Shown: one piece after another, positions 32,771 through 43,107 of the stretch | How positions within the stretch are numbered: the stretch's first letter is position 1 | How the letters are laid out: every line of letters starts with the position of its first letter | From: Candidatus Bathyarchaeota archaeon | GTDB taxonomy: Archaea > Thermoproteota > Bathyarchaeia > Bathyarchaeales > Bathycorpusculaceae | Assembly (NCBI GenBank): GCA_963772455.1 | Contig: CAVYXJ010000021.1 | Span: forward strand, 1 to 64,000 | Length of the DNA stretch: 64,000 nucleotides | Reading direction: 5' to 3' | Translations under genes and position numbers: made by a program | Notes under the pieces: generated by a model | Database searches by the model: none | Told to the model about the DNA's origin: nothing | Seen by the model: only the letters and a program-made list of their open reading frames with translations

Positions 32771-34234
32771 TTAGCTGTTTAGTGTTGCTATAAAACCTTT
32801 CAGCACTTCTTTTATTGATCGAAGGAGTGTATGTTCAATCTTCTTTTCTCCAAGTTTTTCTAAACGTTCCACTCTAAAGGAAATTGGTGGATGCGAATCT
32901 AAGCTTACCCATTCTTGGAGGCGGTAACTCGATGTTCGTTCGAAGAGGAGTCTGTGAAAACCGATTTTTTCCAGCGCCCTTGCCATGACTTTGGGTTGCC
33001 CCATCATTACAGCTGACGTTAGATCTGCACGGGCTTCAAAGAATTTCGCTATAAAGAAAATAAGTGTCATGACTCCGAAGAAATAAATCAAGAAAAAGAA
33101 AGGAGAGAAAATAAACGAGAACAATGGAAGCAGAATGTAGAATCTAAAGAGAAACTCTGAACTTAATAATCCAAATAAGATTAAGGGATCTCTTCCTTTG
33201 AGATGACCAAATTCGTGCCCCAAAACGCTTATGACTTCTGGTTCTTCCAATTGAACAAGCAACCCAGTAGTTATCAGAACAATCCCTCGACTTGGGCTAG
33301 GACCAGAAGCTGCAGCGTTTGGAACCATCGTGTTTGAAATCACAATTTTTGGCATCTTATACCCAAAGCGGTCAGCAACTTTCTTCACGAGTTCGAAGAC
33401 ATTGATTTTTTTAGTAGATAAAGAACCGAGTCTACAGGATACATTGTATTTAGCGAAGATTTTTTCTGATTCTTGGCAGCTAATTGTGCCTTTTTTAGAA
33501 ATTATTTCATCATAGACTTCATTTTTTAAAGTTACCAGTTGCTCTGGCGGAATTTGTTTGTAGTCGTCAATTGTGCCCAAAGCGCCAATTGGAGGCTGAT
33601 ATTCCAAGAAAGTTATGAAAGGGTTGTCTTTGGTAATTGTCCAGTCTCCTGACCTAGCAATTATTTTATTTGAGAAGAAGACGAATGTGAATTGTGAAGC
33701 TATGAGAATTATTGGGACTGTCCAGAAGTAAGCTGGAAAAAAAGTTAACACAACAAGGAATAGCCCCAATCCTAGCGCGATAAATACGAAGCTTAACAGA
33801 ACCTGGGTTTCTAAGAAAATGCGGTTGAAGCTTTTTTCGTGGAGCTTCACTTTTTCAGGCACGATTTTTTGACCTTCTCGCCAGGCAAAGTACCATGTAA
33901 TTTTGCGAGCTTTTTCCTCAAATAATTTTGTAGCAATTAAGATGTCTTGTCTTGCTTCATTGATGGTTGCATCTGAAACATCCATTTCTAATGGTGTTAT
34001 GATTGCATTTACTTTTTCTGTACCCGTTACTTCAACTTTGATAATTTGTCTTCCTTTTTGGTCGAGTACATCGTATGAAATTTTGTTGCTCTTCTGTATT
34101 GTTTCCCTTGATAGGTTGGTAAACCGCTGTTTTTGTGGAGCAAGGTATTGTGTATAGATGAAGTCAAAAAGTCTTTCAAAATAGATAGGTGGGACTTCGG
34201 TGTCTAATTCATAAGAAAAGGGAGCGGATACCAT
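32771..34234 (-). CDS. M48/HtpX-family membrane zinc metalloprotease with long N-terminal extension
   Basis: PNAAASG, ITTGLL..L...E...[17 protein letters not shown]...RV. Confidence 0.9.
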   Translation of the reverse strand: MVSAPFSYELDTEVPPIYFERLFDFIYTQYLAPQKQRFTNLSRETIQKSNKISYDVLDQKGRQIIKVEVTGTEKVNAIITPLEMDVSDATINEARQDILIATKLFEEKARKITWYFAWREGQKIVPEKVKLHEKSFNRIFLETQVLLSFVFIALGLGLFLVVLTFFPAYFWTVPIILIASQFTFVFFSNKIIARSGDWTITKDNPFITFLEYQPPIGALGTIDDYKQIPPEQLVTLKNEVYDEIISKKGTISCQESEKIFAKYNVSCRLGSLSTKKINVFELVKKVADRFGYKMPKIVISNTMVPNAAASGPSPSRGIVLITTGLLVQLEEPEVISVLGHEFGHLKGRDPLILFGLLSSEFLFRFYILLPLFSFIFSPFFFLIYFFGVMTLIFFIAKFFEARADLTSAVMMGQPKVMARALEKIGFHRLLFERTSSYRLQEWVSLDSHPPISFRVERLEKLGEKKIEHTLLRSIKEVLKGFIATLNS

Positions 34235-34496
34235 TGCGACTCAAAACCTGTTGTTACATATTCATTTTGTTTTTCTCAGTTATAACTTTATTGTAAATTG
34301 TCTTTTTGAGATTTAGCAAACGGGATAGCGTTTATTAATCCGCAAAACATTGATAGAAATAACCAAAGCCAAAGGGTTCAAAGAGTGAATTGTTGATTCT
34401 AAACCAGCTATCAGTTTGGTTTGGATTCGCCAAAAAAATTGTTTTGGTTTGCGATGACCTCACCAGAAATTATGAATTAAGAAGGGAAAATTAGAA

Positions 34497-34889
34497 GTGG
34501 CTGAAAACAAAAAAACAATACTTGTTGTGGATGACGATAAATCCATACTTCGAACCTTCACACGTATTCTACAAAAAAGCGGCTATGAAATCGAAACAGC
34601 TGAAACAGGTAAAGAAGCCATAGCAAAAGCTGAAAACCGCTACTACGACTTAGCACTTGTTGACATCAGGCTTCCAGATATGGATGGCACAGATTTACTT
34701 GCAAAACTCAAAAAACAATTACAAAATACTGTGAAAATCATGATTACTGGTTTTCCATCCTTAGAAACAGGTGTTAAGGCGCTTGATGAAGGCGCCGATG
34801 CTTACTTGGTTAAGCCCGTTAAACCTCAGGAACTGCTGATTCTCTTAGAAGAGAAACTTAAGAACCACCAACAATCTAATAAAAATTAA
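34497..34889 (+). CDS. Stand-alone response regulator (receiver domain only)
   Basis: ILVVDDD, DIRLPDMDG, ITG, YLVKP. Confidence 0.95.
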   Translation: MAENKKTILVVDDDKSILRTFTRILQKSGYEIETAETGKEAIAKAENRYYDLALVDIRLPDMDGTDLLAKLKKQLQNTVKIMITGFPSLETGVKALDEGADAYLVKPVKPQELLILLEEKLKNHQQSNKN

Positions 34890-34981
34890 TTACCGAGCTA
34901 ATTCTCCGTTTTATTAAGAAAATAGACCCCATTAGAAACTTGAAGATAACAGCGTGTATTTATCAGTCTTAGGCAACAACT

Positions 34982-35737
34982 TCAAATACCCATGAGCTTC
35001 AGGATTCCCGACCAAGCATTAAACCTCGAGTTTATCCCGAGCCTCTTCTCAATAAAGAAAGGTCTATCAACAACTTTAAGCATGGACAAATCATTGGGTC
35101 CGTCTCCTACCCCAAACGTATTAATTTTTCCAAACATTTGGATGTAGAGATTTTTTAGAAGGCTGACAGCTTTTCCTTTATCAGTGTTGCCAGTAAGATG
35201 CAAGTATCTGCCTCCTTCTGTGCATTTCAACCCCTCATGTTTTATGGCTTTTAAAACCTGGGATTTGTCTCCACTCAATATGCGGAAGGGTTCATCATGT
35301 TCACGTTTCTGAGATAGCAGAGCCAAATGCATAGGTAAACCAGTGTCATAAGCTAATTCTTCAAGCGTCATATCACCGAAACCCACAATCTTAGCAGCAG
35401 TCTTCTCCTTAATTTTGGCAAGTTTTTTTCTTAACATCCCGTAAGATGAGCCTAACCGAATGACATTATAATTTGAGGTTTGCGAACAACCATAGTCAAA
35501 CGGAAAATAAAGTTTGGGAATGAAAATGACAGCTCCGTTTTCTGCTATAAACGGCTCGTTAAGTCCAATGGCTTGGCGGTAGAATTCTATTTCGTCTCTG
35601 GTTTTACTGCTGCAAAAAACAATAGATCCTCCCAAAGCCGAAAGTTGATTTACTATTGGTTTTGTTTCTGAATAATCGTATTTGTCATTGAGGAATGTGC
35701 CGTCCATGTCAGCGAAAACAACGTTTTTAGTTTTCAA
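34982..35737 (-). CDS. HAD-IIB phosphatase, mannosyl/glucosyl-3-phosphoglycerate phosphatase type
   Basis: DMDGT, CSSKTR.E, FIAENG, R...EPF, GGRY, DKGKA, GDGPND. Confidence 0.9.
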   Translation of the reverse strand: MKTKNVVFADMDGTFLNDKYDYSETKPIVNQLSALGGSIVFCSSKTRDEIEFYRQAIGLNEPFIAENGAVIFIPKLYFPFDYGCSQTSNYNVIRLGSSYGMLRKKLAKIKEKTAAKIVGFGDMTLEELAYDTGLPMHLALLSQKREHDEPFRILSGDKSQVLKAIKHEGLKCTEGGRYLHLTGNTDKGKAVSLLKNLYIQMFGKINTFGVGDGPNDLSMLKVVDRPFFIEKRLGINSRFNAWSGILKLMGI

Positions 35738-36915
35738 TTGCAGCCTCCCTTAAACGTTCTCTTATGTCGGGCATGGCTGCTTTAGTTCTCAACCAATCAG
35801 GCATCTGCGCTTTTGATGGATCCTCCAGATATCTTTTTCCTGCTGAAACAATTGCTTCAGATAAGGAATCTACGCTGCATTCTTCTTGGTGGCGATCGTA
35901 GTCAAGGTTATTGCATGTTGCGTCAGCGTTATATTGTCGGATTTTATCTTGCGCCATTTTTCGAAACATTACTTGGAGGCTTTGTAGAAAAGGCACTGAC
36001 ACTTCTATGCCGTCGGTCTCAGTTAATGTGCGAAGCAAGGTCACAAGACTGTCCTCAGCAGTTTTAACCAACCCGTTTCCAACTACTTCTTTGTGTTTAT
36101 GATCATAGAATCCCAAGTCAACTTCGCAGAGACGTTCAAAGGACGCATTTCTGTAAAGCTCTGCAAGCAACCCCATTTCAAAACCCCAATCACACGGAAT
36201 CCTAAGCCTCATAGCTAAATCACTGTAAATTGCAATTTCACCTGACAAAGGATAACTAAACGACTGCAAATAACTTACAAATCTTGACTTATGTTGAAGC
36301 TTTTCTTGCAAAGCTTCCAATATAGGGTTCATAAATAATCTGGTTATTCGCCCATACATTGTTCGTTTTTCAAAGTTGATTCTAGCGTAGTAACCTTTGG
36401 AGAAGAAGAAATCAAGTTTTGGCTCAATTACCGGGTAAAGCATTTTGGTTGGCAACATACGAGTATAATTGAGTATGTCAGCATCATGAACAACGAAAGC
36501 GTGAAGCTCCAAAGAAGCAATACCCATGGCAATCCAGACATCTCTGCCCTTTCCACTTAAACATGTCACATCGAGCCCCTTGCCTTTTAAGTCTTCAAAG
36601 ACCGACATTACAACTGGTTTGTTACACCAAATAATATCGTGAGGGATTTTGAAAGCACTAAAAACCTTAACCGCTTCATCATAACCCTCCTGGCTTTTTA
36701 CAGAAAGAGCAATAAACACTTTCTTGAGGTAATCACAATGATTTAGTTCATTAACTATCCCAGCTAGTACCTTGGTTTTTTAAGTCTGATTCTATTATCG
36801 GAATAATTACTCCCGAAGGGTACTCCTGAGCTAAGATTCTGAGTCGAGCACTCATACTGTCAAAGTTCATGCTAAAATCGTGAATTTTAGCAAAACTTCT
36901 TTGATCAAAATCCAT
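35727..36915 (-). CDS. Glucosyl-3-phosphoglycerate synthase-like glycosyltransferase; one frameshift near 36778
   Basis: N-terminus MDFDQ...IHDF read manually, then GKGRDVW, HDADI, KGYYAR, YGRITRL, YPLSGE, DWGFE.G.L.E, YDHKH; overlaps the phosphatase gene. Confidence 0.85.
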
Positions 36916-37371
36916 AGCCAATAACCCTGTGGTTTCAAGGTAATTATCAAATCGAATAAAAGATTTTTTGACAACTAAAATTCACTAAAAAGCGAAGTTC
37001 GCCTCTCATCATGTAGCTTGAGAACAAGTTAACAAAAAAAGCGATTCCATTATGTTAATCCAAATTTCAATAGTTAACCTCACATTTCAAAGCTGATGCG
37101 GTGACGTTTTCTAGAAAAAATAAGCCTAGAAAAAGAAAAAGAGTCAGAAGGCAAGTTACCGTCCCAATCGGTATTGGAACTGAAGAAAAGAAAGCTCTAG
37201 ATCAAACAGGTCACGACGCAACATCCGGATGGTAAAAAACTGTTAGAATGCATTTCTTCCCTCTTTTTACATTTAACTATTTAATGAAGGCTCCAAGAAC
37301 TGTGTCTAAAAATTAATAATTCAATTTTTCATATAAGAAAAAGCAATTCTTTAATTGCATAAATTCTGTAA

Positions 37372-37647
37372 ATGACAAGAGGTAAAAACTTGGACGAAGC
37401 CATCATCGAAATCGGGCACATTAGCCATTTCTTTTCAAAAATCAACGTTGCCATAATTGAATTAACGCTACCCTTGTCAATAGGGGATCACATTCTTGTA
37501 AAAGGTCCCTTAACAGATTTTCAACAAGAAGTCAAGTCAATGCAAATTGATCGAAAAGATATGGATAGGGCTGAGGGCGGGCAAAGTGTGGGTCTAAAAC
37601 TTGCTCAGTTAGCAAGAGAAAGAGATGTTGTATACAAGAAACTTTAG
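37372..37647 (+). CDS. Small EF-Tu domain II-like beta-barrel protein
   Basis: IGHISHFFSKINVA, L.IGD.I, SMQID, A..GQSVGLK. Confidence 0.8.
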   Translation: MTRGKNLDEAIIEIGHISHFFSKINVAIIELTLPLSIGDHILVKGPLTDFQQEVKSMQIDRKDMDRAEGGQSVGLKLAQLARERDVVYKKL

Positions 37648-37705
37648 AGTTAATTTTAATTCATTTTAGTTGTTAAAGATCATCGTTGAGAACAAGCTTA
37701 TTCTT

Positions 37706-38011
37706 TTAAATTGTATACGAGTAGATTGATTTTTCTATCGATACGCAAGACCCATGCGTCTTCATAAAATCAAGAACTTCTGCATACTCGATAAGATATT
37801 GTTTGCCTTTTTCAGTAAGTTTAAGAGAGTTCTCTTCAATCAGTTCAAGCTCCGAAAGTTCTGTTACGTAATTTTTCAACCGGTCAAAAGGCACCCCCAT
37901 TCGCACTTGAACCTGCGTCAATATTATTTTTTCAGTTTTAGATTGGTCATTAAGTATCATTAAAAGATCGCCATAAATTTTCATTTTATCCCTACGGGAA
38001 ATTTTTTTCAT
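37706..38011 (-). CDS. Winged helix-turn-helix protein, translationally coupled to the 7-TM gene
   Basis: RRDKMKIYGDLL, RLKNY..EL.ELELI, LTEKGKQYL; ATGA overlap at 38008-38011; a likely late insertion (corrected end MKRMGLAYR* at 37735). Confidence 0.85.
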   Translation of the reverse strand: MKKISRRDKMKIYGDLLMILNDQSKTEKIILTQVQVRMGVPFDRLKNYVTELSELELIEENSLKLTEKGKQYLIEYAEVLDFMKTHGSCVSIEKSIYSYTI

Positions 38012-38682
38012 TTAGACGACCTTTTTTTTGATTTGTTAAAGGTTTTATATGAAACTAAAAGAAAAATAGTCAAAGCCGCCAAACGGAGAATCAAAGCTCC
38101 ATTAAACGCAAATATGCTTCCATCAATAGCCCAAATTAACAACGAATATTGACTAATTCCAAGCAAAATAAAACCGAATGGAATCCAAAGTGTCATGGGG
38201 TCTGGAATTTCTATATGGCTTCTAAGGGTATGAATTGAAATATAGATGAGACAAATTATATTAAAACTCCGAACGTACACTTGAGTAGCCTGATAACTAT
38301 CCACAGCAAATTGGGGAATAATAATTCCAGTTACAATTGCAGCTGCAAGACCAACAATTAACAAACTTAGTGTTATGTCCCATTTTGTTTGAGAATTTTC
38401 CAAACGTTTTCTTGAAAAGTAGTAAGTTACTACTAAGAAGCAATACGCAAAAGTGCGGGCAAAAAGTTGAAGGTATGCAAGCTGTCTAAAGGAAAAAATT
38501 ATATCTGAAAATGCTATAGCCCCAAGAATGTATGATACTCCAAGAAAACCAAATCCAAGAGGAAGTCCAAGATATCGCCTTTCACCGGTTAGTCTATAGG
38601 GCTTTATCATAAAACGTAAAAGAATAAAGCACAGAATTGCTGAAACTACTTCTACCAATATCCGAATAGTTGGATCATACAT
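38008..38682 (-). CDS. Uncharacterised ~7-TM membrane protein (copy 1)
   Basis: About seven hydrophobic helices; RFMIKPY, RYLGLPLGFGFLG, LLGISQYSL shared with the copy at 42274. Confidence 0.85.
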   Translation of the reverse strand: MYDPTIRILVEVVSAILCFILLRFMIKPYRLTGERRYLGLPLGFGFLGVSYILGAIAFSDIIFSFRQLAYLQLFARTFAYCFLVVTYYFSRKRLENSQTKWDITLSLLIVGLAAAIVTGIIIPQFAVDSYQATQVYVRSFNIICLIYISIHTLRSHIEIPDPMTLWIPFGFILLGISQYSLLIWAIDGSIFAFNGALILRLAALTIFLLVSYKTFNKSKKRSSK

Positions 38683-39005
38683 GCTGATATTCTATTGAGC
38701 TTCGTTTTCTATTATGTCTTTTCCAAAATTACCTTAGAATAATCCAATGTTATTTAGACAATATAACGCTGAAACAAAGCTATTGCAAGCGACTTTTATT
38801 ATAATCCTCAACTTTTAAAACACCTCCCCTTTCAGATAATTATTTTTTAATTGATTTTTTTCAAGTGTGATTGTCAGAAAAATAATTATTGAAAAATCCT
38901 GTTCTAGCGAAGTTTGACATTTACTGCTTATAACATTTACTCTCTTATGGTGAGGGTGTCTTATTATTCAATTTGTTATTATCTTTATTCATAAAATAAA
39001 AGGAA

Positions 39006-41588
39006 ATGAAAAAAATGGATTTAACTACAATGAAAACTAAGAGAAAATTATTGTCAACGATAGCGATATTTATAATGCTGACTATGTCTGTTCCATTAAC
39101 ATTTCTGGCAACAACTAGTGCACACACCCCCGCATGGAACATACCTTCTTTTGCTTATCTCGCTGCACAACCAAGTCCTGTAGGAGTTGGACAGAGCGTA
39201 CAGGTTTACATGTGGGTCGACGCACCCTTTCCATCAGCAGCTGAAGGCAATGATTATCGAAGGCACGACTACAAGCTTACGATCACAATGCCCGATGGAA
39301 GCACCGACGTAAAAACGTGGCCAATCATCTATGACACAACTGGAGTTCAATACTATGCATTTACACCAGACCAAGTAGGCACGTACACTTTACTATTTGA
39401 ATATCCTAGCCAAGTATTCACTTGGAATGCAACAGCAGTACAAGCGTGGTATGGGGATACTTTCATGGCGGACAGCGCAACAACAACTGTCACAGTCCAA
39501 CAAGAACCATTGTCTGCGCCTGTACTAAGCTATCCATTACCTACTGAATACTGGACGAGACCCATAGAAGGACAGAACACTGACTGGTACAGCGTTTCCT
39601 CGAACTGGCTCAATTCACCATTCAACTGGGTCGGAGACAGCGGTACACAGGGCGCAGTGTCATCATGCGATACCCAAGGCGGCTACGGAAGACTTCAACC
39701 AGACGGCATCGCACCAAACAGCCCACACATACTGTGGACTCGACCTATTCAGGACGGTGGAGTTGTTGGCGGCGATATCTATGAACTCTCAGGCGAAACA
39801 TACTACATGGGCGGTTCCTATAACGTTAGATTCAGAGACGCCATAGTTATGTATGGACGGCTTTACTATGAAGAAGGCTGGGGCAATTCCGGCAGTGGCG
39901 GCGACTTCATTTGTGTTGATGTACGAACTGGACAAGAGCTATGGAGACTTAATGCTACAGTCATCTCACAAATTGGAAAACCAGTTACAGGCTATGTCTA
40001 CTGTTATGACATGATGAACCAACACGGCGTTATACCTAACGGTTTGCTGTTCACACAAAACTTTGCAAGAGCAGTTGATCCTATGACAGGAAGAGTCTTA
40101 GCTCTCAACATAACTAACGTTCCCACCGGCATAGCAGCCCCTGGATTACAAGGCGAAGTCCTGAGATACGTATACACCTCTTCAAGCAAAACTTTAGGTC
40201 AATGGAACTCATCTAAAGTATTTGTAACCGAAGTCTCAGGAACCATAAATGCAAGCACAACAGCACGATATGACTGGATCAAGACATTGTCAATCGGACC
40301 AGGCACATGGACACTCAACAGACACCTCATACCCGGCAATCTACTGCTTATGACGCAAGGAAGCTTCGGTGGCCCCAGAGACCCACAACCAGGAATGAAC
40401 GTAACAGCAGTTAGCATAAAGCCAGAAACAGCAGGCCAAATCTTGTGGACCAAATATTTGCCTGTTGCGCCAGACAACGTAACCAGAAAAATCATAGGAA
40501 TCGACGAAGAAGCCGGCGTATTCATCACTCAAGATAAAGAAACCTTAACTCTCTGCGGTTTCAGCCTCACCAATGGCAATCAAGTGTGGACAGTTACACC
40601 TGACGATGCAAAATGGGACACAATGCGAAGCACCTCAATAGTCGCCTATGGCAATCTCTATGTATCAGGCTTTGACGGCATACTACACTGCTATGACATG
40701 GCAAATGGCGATCTACTTTGGACCTATGGCAACGGCGGACCAGGTAACACAACCTATTCTGGTCTTGAAACAGCTTGGGGTCATTACCCAATCTTCGTTG
40801 ACAACGTTGCTGATGGAAAACTCTACTTAGGCACAACAGAACATTCACCTGACTCACCATTCTACAAAGGCACACAGTTCCGCTGCATCAACGCTACAAC
40901 CGGTGAAGAAATCTGGACCATGATGGGCTGGGGTACAGGTATGTACGTAGGTCAAAGCGACATAATTGCTGAAGGATGCTTCATCTACCTCAACTGCTAC
41001 GACATGCAAATATATTCTGTTGGCAAGGGTCCAAGTTCAATGACAGTTGAAGCACCTAAAGCCGCAATTGAATTAGGCAAATCACTGGTTATCAGCGGCA
41101 CAGTTACTGACATCTCAGCAGGCACAAATCAAAAAGAGCAAGCTGCAAGATTTCCACAAGGAGTTCCAGCAGTTTCAGATGCAAGCCAAAGTGCATGGAT
41201 GGAATACATCTACATGCAAAAACCACGACCAACAGACACAACCGGCGTACCAGTTACATTGAGTGTTGTTGACGCTAATGGCAACTACAGAGACATCGGA
41301 ACAACCACAAGCGACGCAGACGGATTCTTTGCATTCAACTGGAAACCAGACATAGAAGGACAATACACCGTCTATGCATCATTCGGAGGTAGTGAATCTT
41401 ATTGGCCTTCACATGCAGTAACAGCATTCGCAGTTGACCCAGCCGCAGCAACCCCAACACCATCTGCAACACCTCAAAGCGACATTGCAACAAATGCAAA
41501 CCTAATGACCGCCATGGCCGCCGGAGTAATCGCAATAATTATTGCAATAGCAATAGTCGGATTGCTCATACTTCGAAAACGACCATAA
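39006..41588 (+). CDS. PQQ-like beta-propeller surface protein (paralog 4)
   Basis: Signal peptide, HTPAWNIP, PLPTEYWTRP, NQHGV, EHSP, RFPQGVPAVSD, TM + RKRP. Confidence 0.9.
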   Translation: MKKMDLTTMKTKRKLLSTIAIFIMLTMSVPLTFLATTSAHTPAWNIPSFAYLAAQPSPVGVGQSVQVYMWVDAPFPSAAEGNDYRRHDYKLTITMPDGSTDVKTWPIIYDTTGVQYYAFTPDQVGTYTLLFEYPSQVFTWNATAVQAWYGDTFMADSATTTVTVQQEPLSAPVLSYPLPTEYWTRPIEGQNTDWYSVSSNWLNSPFNWVGDSGTQGAVSSCDTQGGYGRLQPDGIAPNSPHILWTRPIQDGGVVGGDIYELSGETYYMGGSYNVRFRDAIVMYGRLYYEEGWGNSGSGGDFICVDVRTGQELWRLNATVISQIGKPVTGYVYCYDMMNQHGVIPNGLLFTQNFARAVDPMTGRVLALNITNVPTGIAAPGLQGEVLRYVYTSSSKTLGQWNSSKVFVTEVSGTINASTTARYDWIKTLSIGPGTWTLNRHLIPGNLLLMTQGSFGGPRDPQPGMNVTAVSIKPETAGQILWTKYLPVAPDNVTRKIIGIDEEAGVFITQDKETLTLCGFSLTNGNQVWTVTPDDAKWDTMRSTSIVAYGNLYVSGFDGILHCYDMANGDLLWTYGNGGPGNTTYSGLETAWGHYPIFVDNVADGKLYLGTTEHSPDSPFYKGTQFRCINATTGEEIWTMMGWGTGMYVGQSDIIAEGCFIYLNCYDMQIYSVGKGPSSMTVEAPKAAIELGKSLVISGTVTDISAGTNQKEQAARFPQGVPAVSDASQSAWMEYIYMQKPRPTDTTGVPVTLSVVDANGNYRDIGTTTSDADGFFAFNWKPDIEGQYTVYASFGGSESYWPSHAVTAFAVDPAAATPTPSATPQSDIATNANLMTAMAAGVIAIIIAIAIVGLLILRKRP

Positions 41589-41608
41589 AACGCTAAAACC
41601 AAAAATCA

Positions 41609-41627
41609 TCTTTCCCCTTTTTTAGTC
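41609..41627 (+). terminator. Oligo-T terminator after propeller gene 4
   Basis: TCTTTCCCCTTTTTTAGTC; same tract at 45767-45785 and nearly the same at 8246-8265 (minus). Confidence 0.6.
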
Positions 41628-41678
41628 CATAGAAAAATAATTGGAATAAAGAAAGAGAGGCATGGAGTTGATTAGATT

Positions 41679-41987
41679 ATGGAAAAACTCGTGATAAAGC
41701 CATCTTTAGAAAAGTCAAACAAAACAGAGGTTATAAAGGCAGTATTGCAAGAAGCAATTCCGACTCTAGAGACCCCTTGTTTAAAAAAATTTAAGCCCAG
41801 AGCAATCATTTTAAAAGCTAACGATAAAGATTTTTCTAAAATCAAAGACTTAATTAAAACGCAGTTTCCCCAAGTTGAAATAGTCTACGTTACTACCGGT
41901 CCAGTTGAGAGTTTTCTCCGAGTCACCAAATCAATACCTTTTGAAATGCAGAACTCCTGTGAACAGACAAATTACACTATTGAGTAG
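41679..41987 (+). CDS. Hypothetical protein
   Basis: 102-aa ORF with upstream GGAG. Confidence 0.6.
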   Translation: MEKLVIKPSLEKSNKTEVIKAVLQEAIPTLETPCLKKFKPRAIILKANDKDFSKIKDLIKTQFPQVEIVYVTTGPVESFLRVTKSIPFEMQNSCEQTNYTIE

Positions 41988-42234
41988 GTGAAGGTTAATT
42001 TGTAGAATTGACGGCCGCGAAGAGGCAAACAATCTAAAAAAATAATTTTTTGTCTTGAAAAAATTAAAGATTGCAGAGAAGAAATGGGTTGTGTGGGATT
42101 AGGTTATAATATCCTGACAAAGAAGTCACAAGGTGTATGCATTTGCTTTTTCTCTTAAATTTGGTATCAGCACTTAATCTAATCCTTATAGACTATCTTT
42201 TCACTCCTCGTTCATTGTAGGTAAAAAAAATTAG

Positions 42235-42277
42235 CTATAGATTTATTCTGTCTCTACGTGTGATTTCTTTTATTCAA
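42235..42277 (-). pseudogene. Decayed 5' remnant of the winged-helix gene
   Basis: IKEITRRDRINL* versus MKKISRRDKMKI of 37706-38011, in the same position directly after the 7-TM stop codon. Confidence 0.55.
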
Positions 42278-42972
42278 TCTATTTTTTGGGTTATCAGAGT
42301 ATTCTTTTTGTAAAAGGACCTATAGGCGATGATTAGAAATATAGCCAGGCCAGCCCAACGAATTACTAAGGCTCCCCACCATGCCGACATGCTATTGTCG
42401 CTTGCATAAATGATCAGCGAGTATTGACTTATCCCAAGAAGTAGGTAACCAAAGGGACTCCATAATGTATCTGAATCTGGCGTTTCTAAATGACTCCTAA
42501 ACGTGTGCGCAAAGAGATAAACAATGCAAATAAGATTGAAGACTCTGGTAATGCCGCTTATAAGTTGATAACTAGGTAATCCAACACTAGGAATACTGAT
42601 GAGAATAGCCGAAGTTGTCAAGACGATGATTAATAAAATTAGAGTATAATTCCAGAGATGTCTACTATTTTCTTTGTTTTTCCTTGAAAAATAATATGTC
42701 ATGCACAGAAAGATAAATGCGAAAGATCTTACAACGGCTTGAAGATATATTGTTCCATTGCCAAAAGCATATGGTTGGAAATATATGAAAGCTGATAAAG
42801 CGTAGGTTGCTCCAAGAAATCCAAAACCGAGAGGCAGTCCAAGGTATCTATTTTCTTTAGTAATCTGGTATGGTTTGATCATGAATCTTAGAAGAATTAG
42901 GCAAATGATAGCTGATGTAGTTTCATAGACAACTCGGAAGGTTTGATAAGCGTAGGGGTCAACGATGATAAT
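42274..42972 (-). CDS. Uncharacterised ~7-TM membrane protein (copy 2); homology extends upstream of the ATG at 42882
   Basis: Open frame IIIVDPYAYQTFRVVYETTSAIICLILLRF-MIKPY matches the N-terminus of copy 1; start codon uncertain. Confidence 0.8.
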   Translation of the reverse strand: MIIVDPYAYQTFRVVYETTSAIICLILLRFMIKPYQITKENRYLGLPLGFGFLGATYALSAFIYFQPYAFGNGTIYLQAVVRSFAFIFLCMTYYFSRKNKENSRHLWNYTLILLIIVLTTSAILISIPSVGLPSYQLISGITRVFNLICIVYLFAHTFRSHLETPDSDTLWSPFGYLLLGISQYSLIIYASDNSMSAWWGALVIRWAGLAIFLIIAYRSFYKKNTLITQKID

Positions 42973-43033
42973 TCACCATCAAGTTTTTGTGCCTTTTTTT
43001 ACACTCTGTAATATTTGTCCTTAATATTTTACG

Positions 43034-43048
43034 CTCACGATACGTGAG
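43034..43048. promoter_or_regulatory. Palindrome CTCACG-ATA-CGTGAG in divergent promoter
   Basis: Between 7-TM copy 2 and propeller 5. Confidence 0.35.
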
Positions 43049-43107
43049 TTCGTCTTATTAGTCCATTCCCAAGAGTAAGCTGTATAAAATTTAGAGGAAA
43101 AGAAAAA

